64,000 bases of DNA from Lingula anatina. Lineage: Eukaryota > Animalia > Brachiopoda. Where the stretch lies: positions 5,332,001 through 5,396,000 of the forward strand of contig CM120643.1 of NCBI GenBank assembly GCA_051362555.1, written 5' to 3'. The stretch's first letter is position 1. Each line of letters starts with the position of its first letter. The notes under the pieces were generated by a model, which was not told the origin of the DNA, did not search any database, and was given only the letters and a program-made list of their open reading frames with translations. Positions 63,891-64,000 of this stretch are shown in pieces. Both the position numbers and the translations under genes were made by a program.

Positions 63891-64000
63891 AATGGAATTT
63901 CAGCTGAGATGCCCTCATTGAAAATTCTTTATAATAATGTTTTTATTTTTAAAAAGGGGAGAGAAAAACCAATGTTGAAAATACTTTCCTCATACTTGTC

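Noticed and set aside
52921-64000. ZFPM first exon (MSRRKQ motif), tRNA or rRNA genes
   Set aside because: None recognisable by eye; the first exon is probably outside the window.

Overview
Eukaryotic, AT-rich, intron-rich DNA from an invertebrate bilaterian (lophotrochozoan-like; organism is inference). There are three spliced host genes. (1) The first two coding exons of a gigaxonin (GAN)-like BTB-Kelch gene on the minus strand, running off the left end. (2) A complete 12-coding-exon NPEPL1 (M17 aminopeptidase) gene on the plus strand, 523 codons, head-to-head with GAN. (3) Five 3' exons of a Friend-of-GATA/U-shaped (ZFPM) gene on the minus strand (PR-like domain, CCHC/C2H2 fingers, PxDLS motifs), whose first exon probably lies beyond 64000. 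The 19-kb ZFPM intron holds a young, full-length 4.76-kb Ngaro-type tyrosine-recombinase retrotransposon with split direct repeats (A1-gag-pol-YR-B1A2-B2). The most striking observation is how it seems to express its proteins. Pol follows gag in frame across a single TGA-CAA stop (readthrough-like). The ATG-less recombinase ORF sits behind a textbook splice acceptor that is phase-matched both to a donor inside gag and to the upstream host ZFPM exon. ZFPM introns also carry dense GATA-motif clusters. Introns hold many MITEs (hAT-like with 5- and 6-bp TSDs, CACTA, Harbinger, TTAA/Kolobok-like, foldback, Helentron-like), LINE relics and satellites. Everything here was read by eye; no searches were run.
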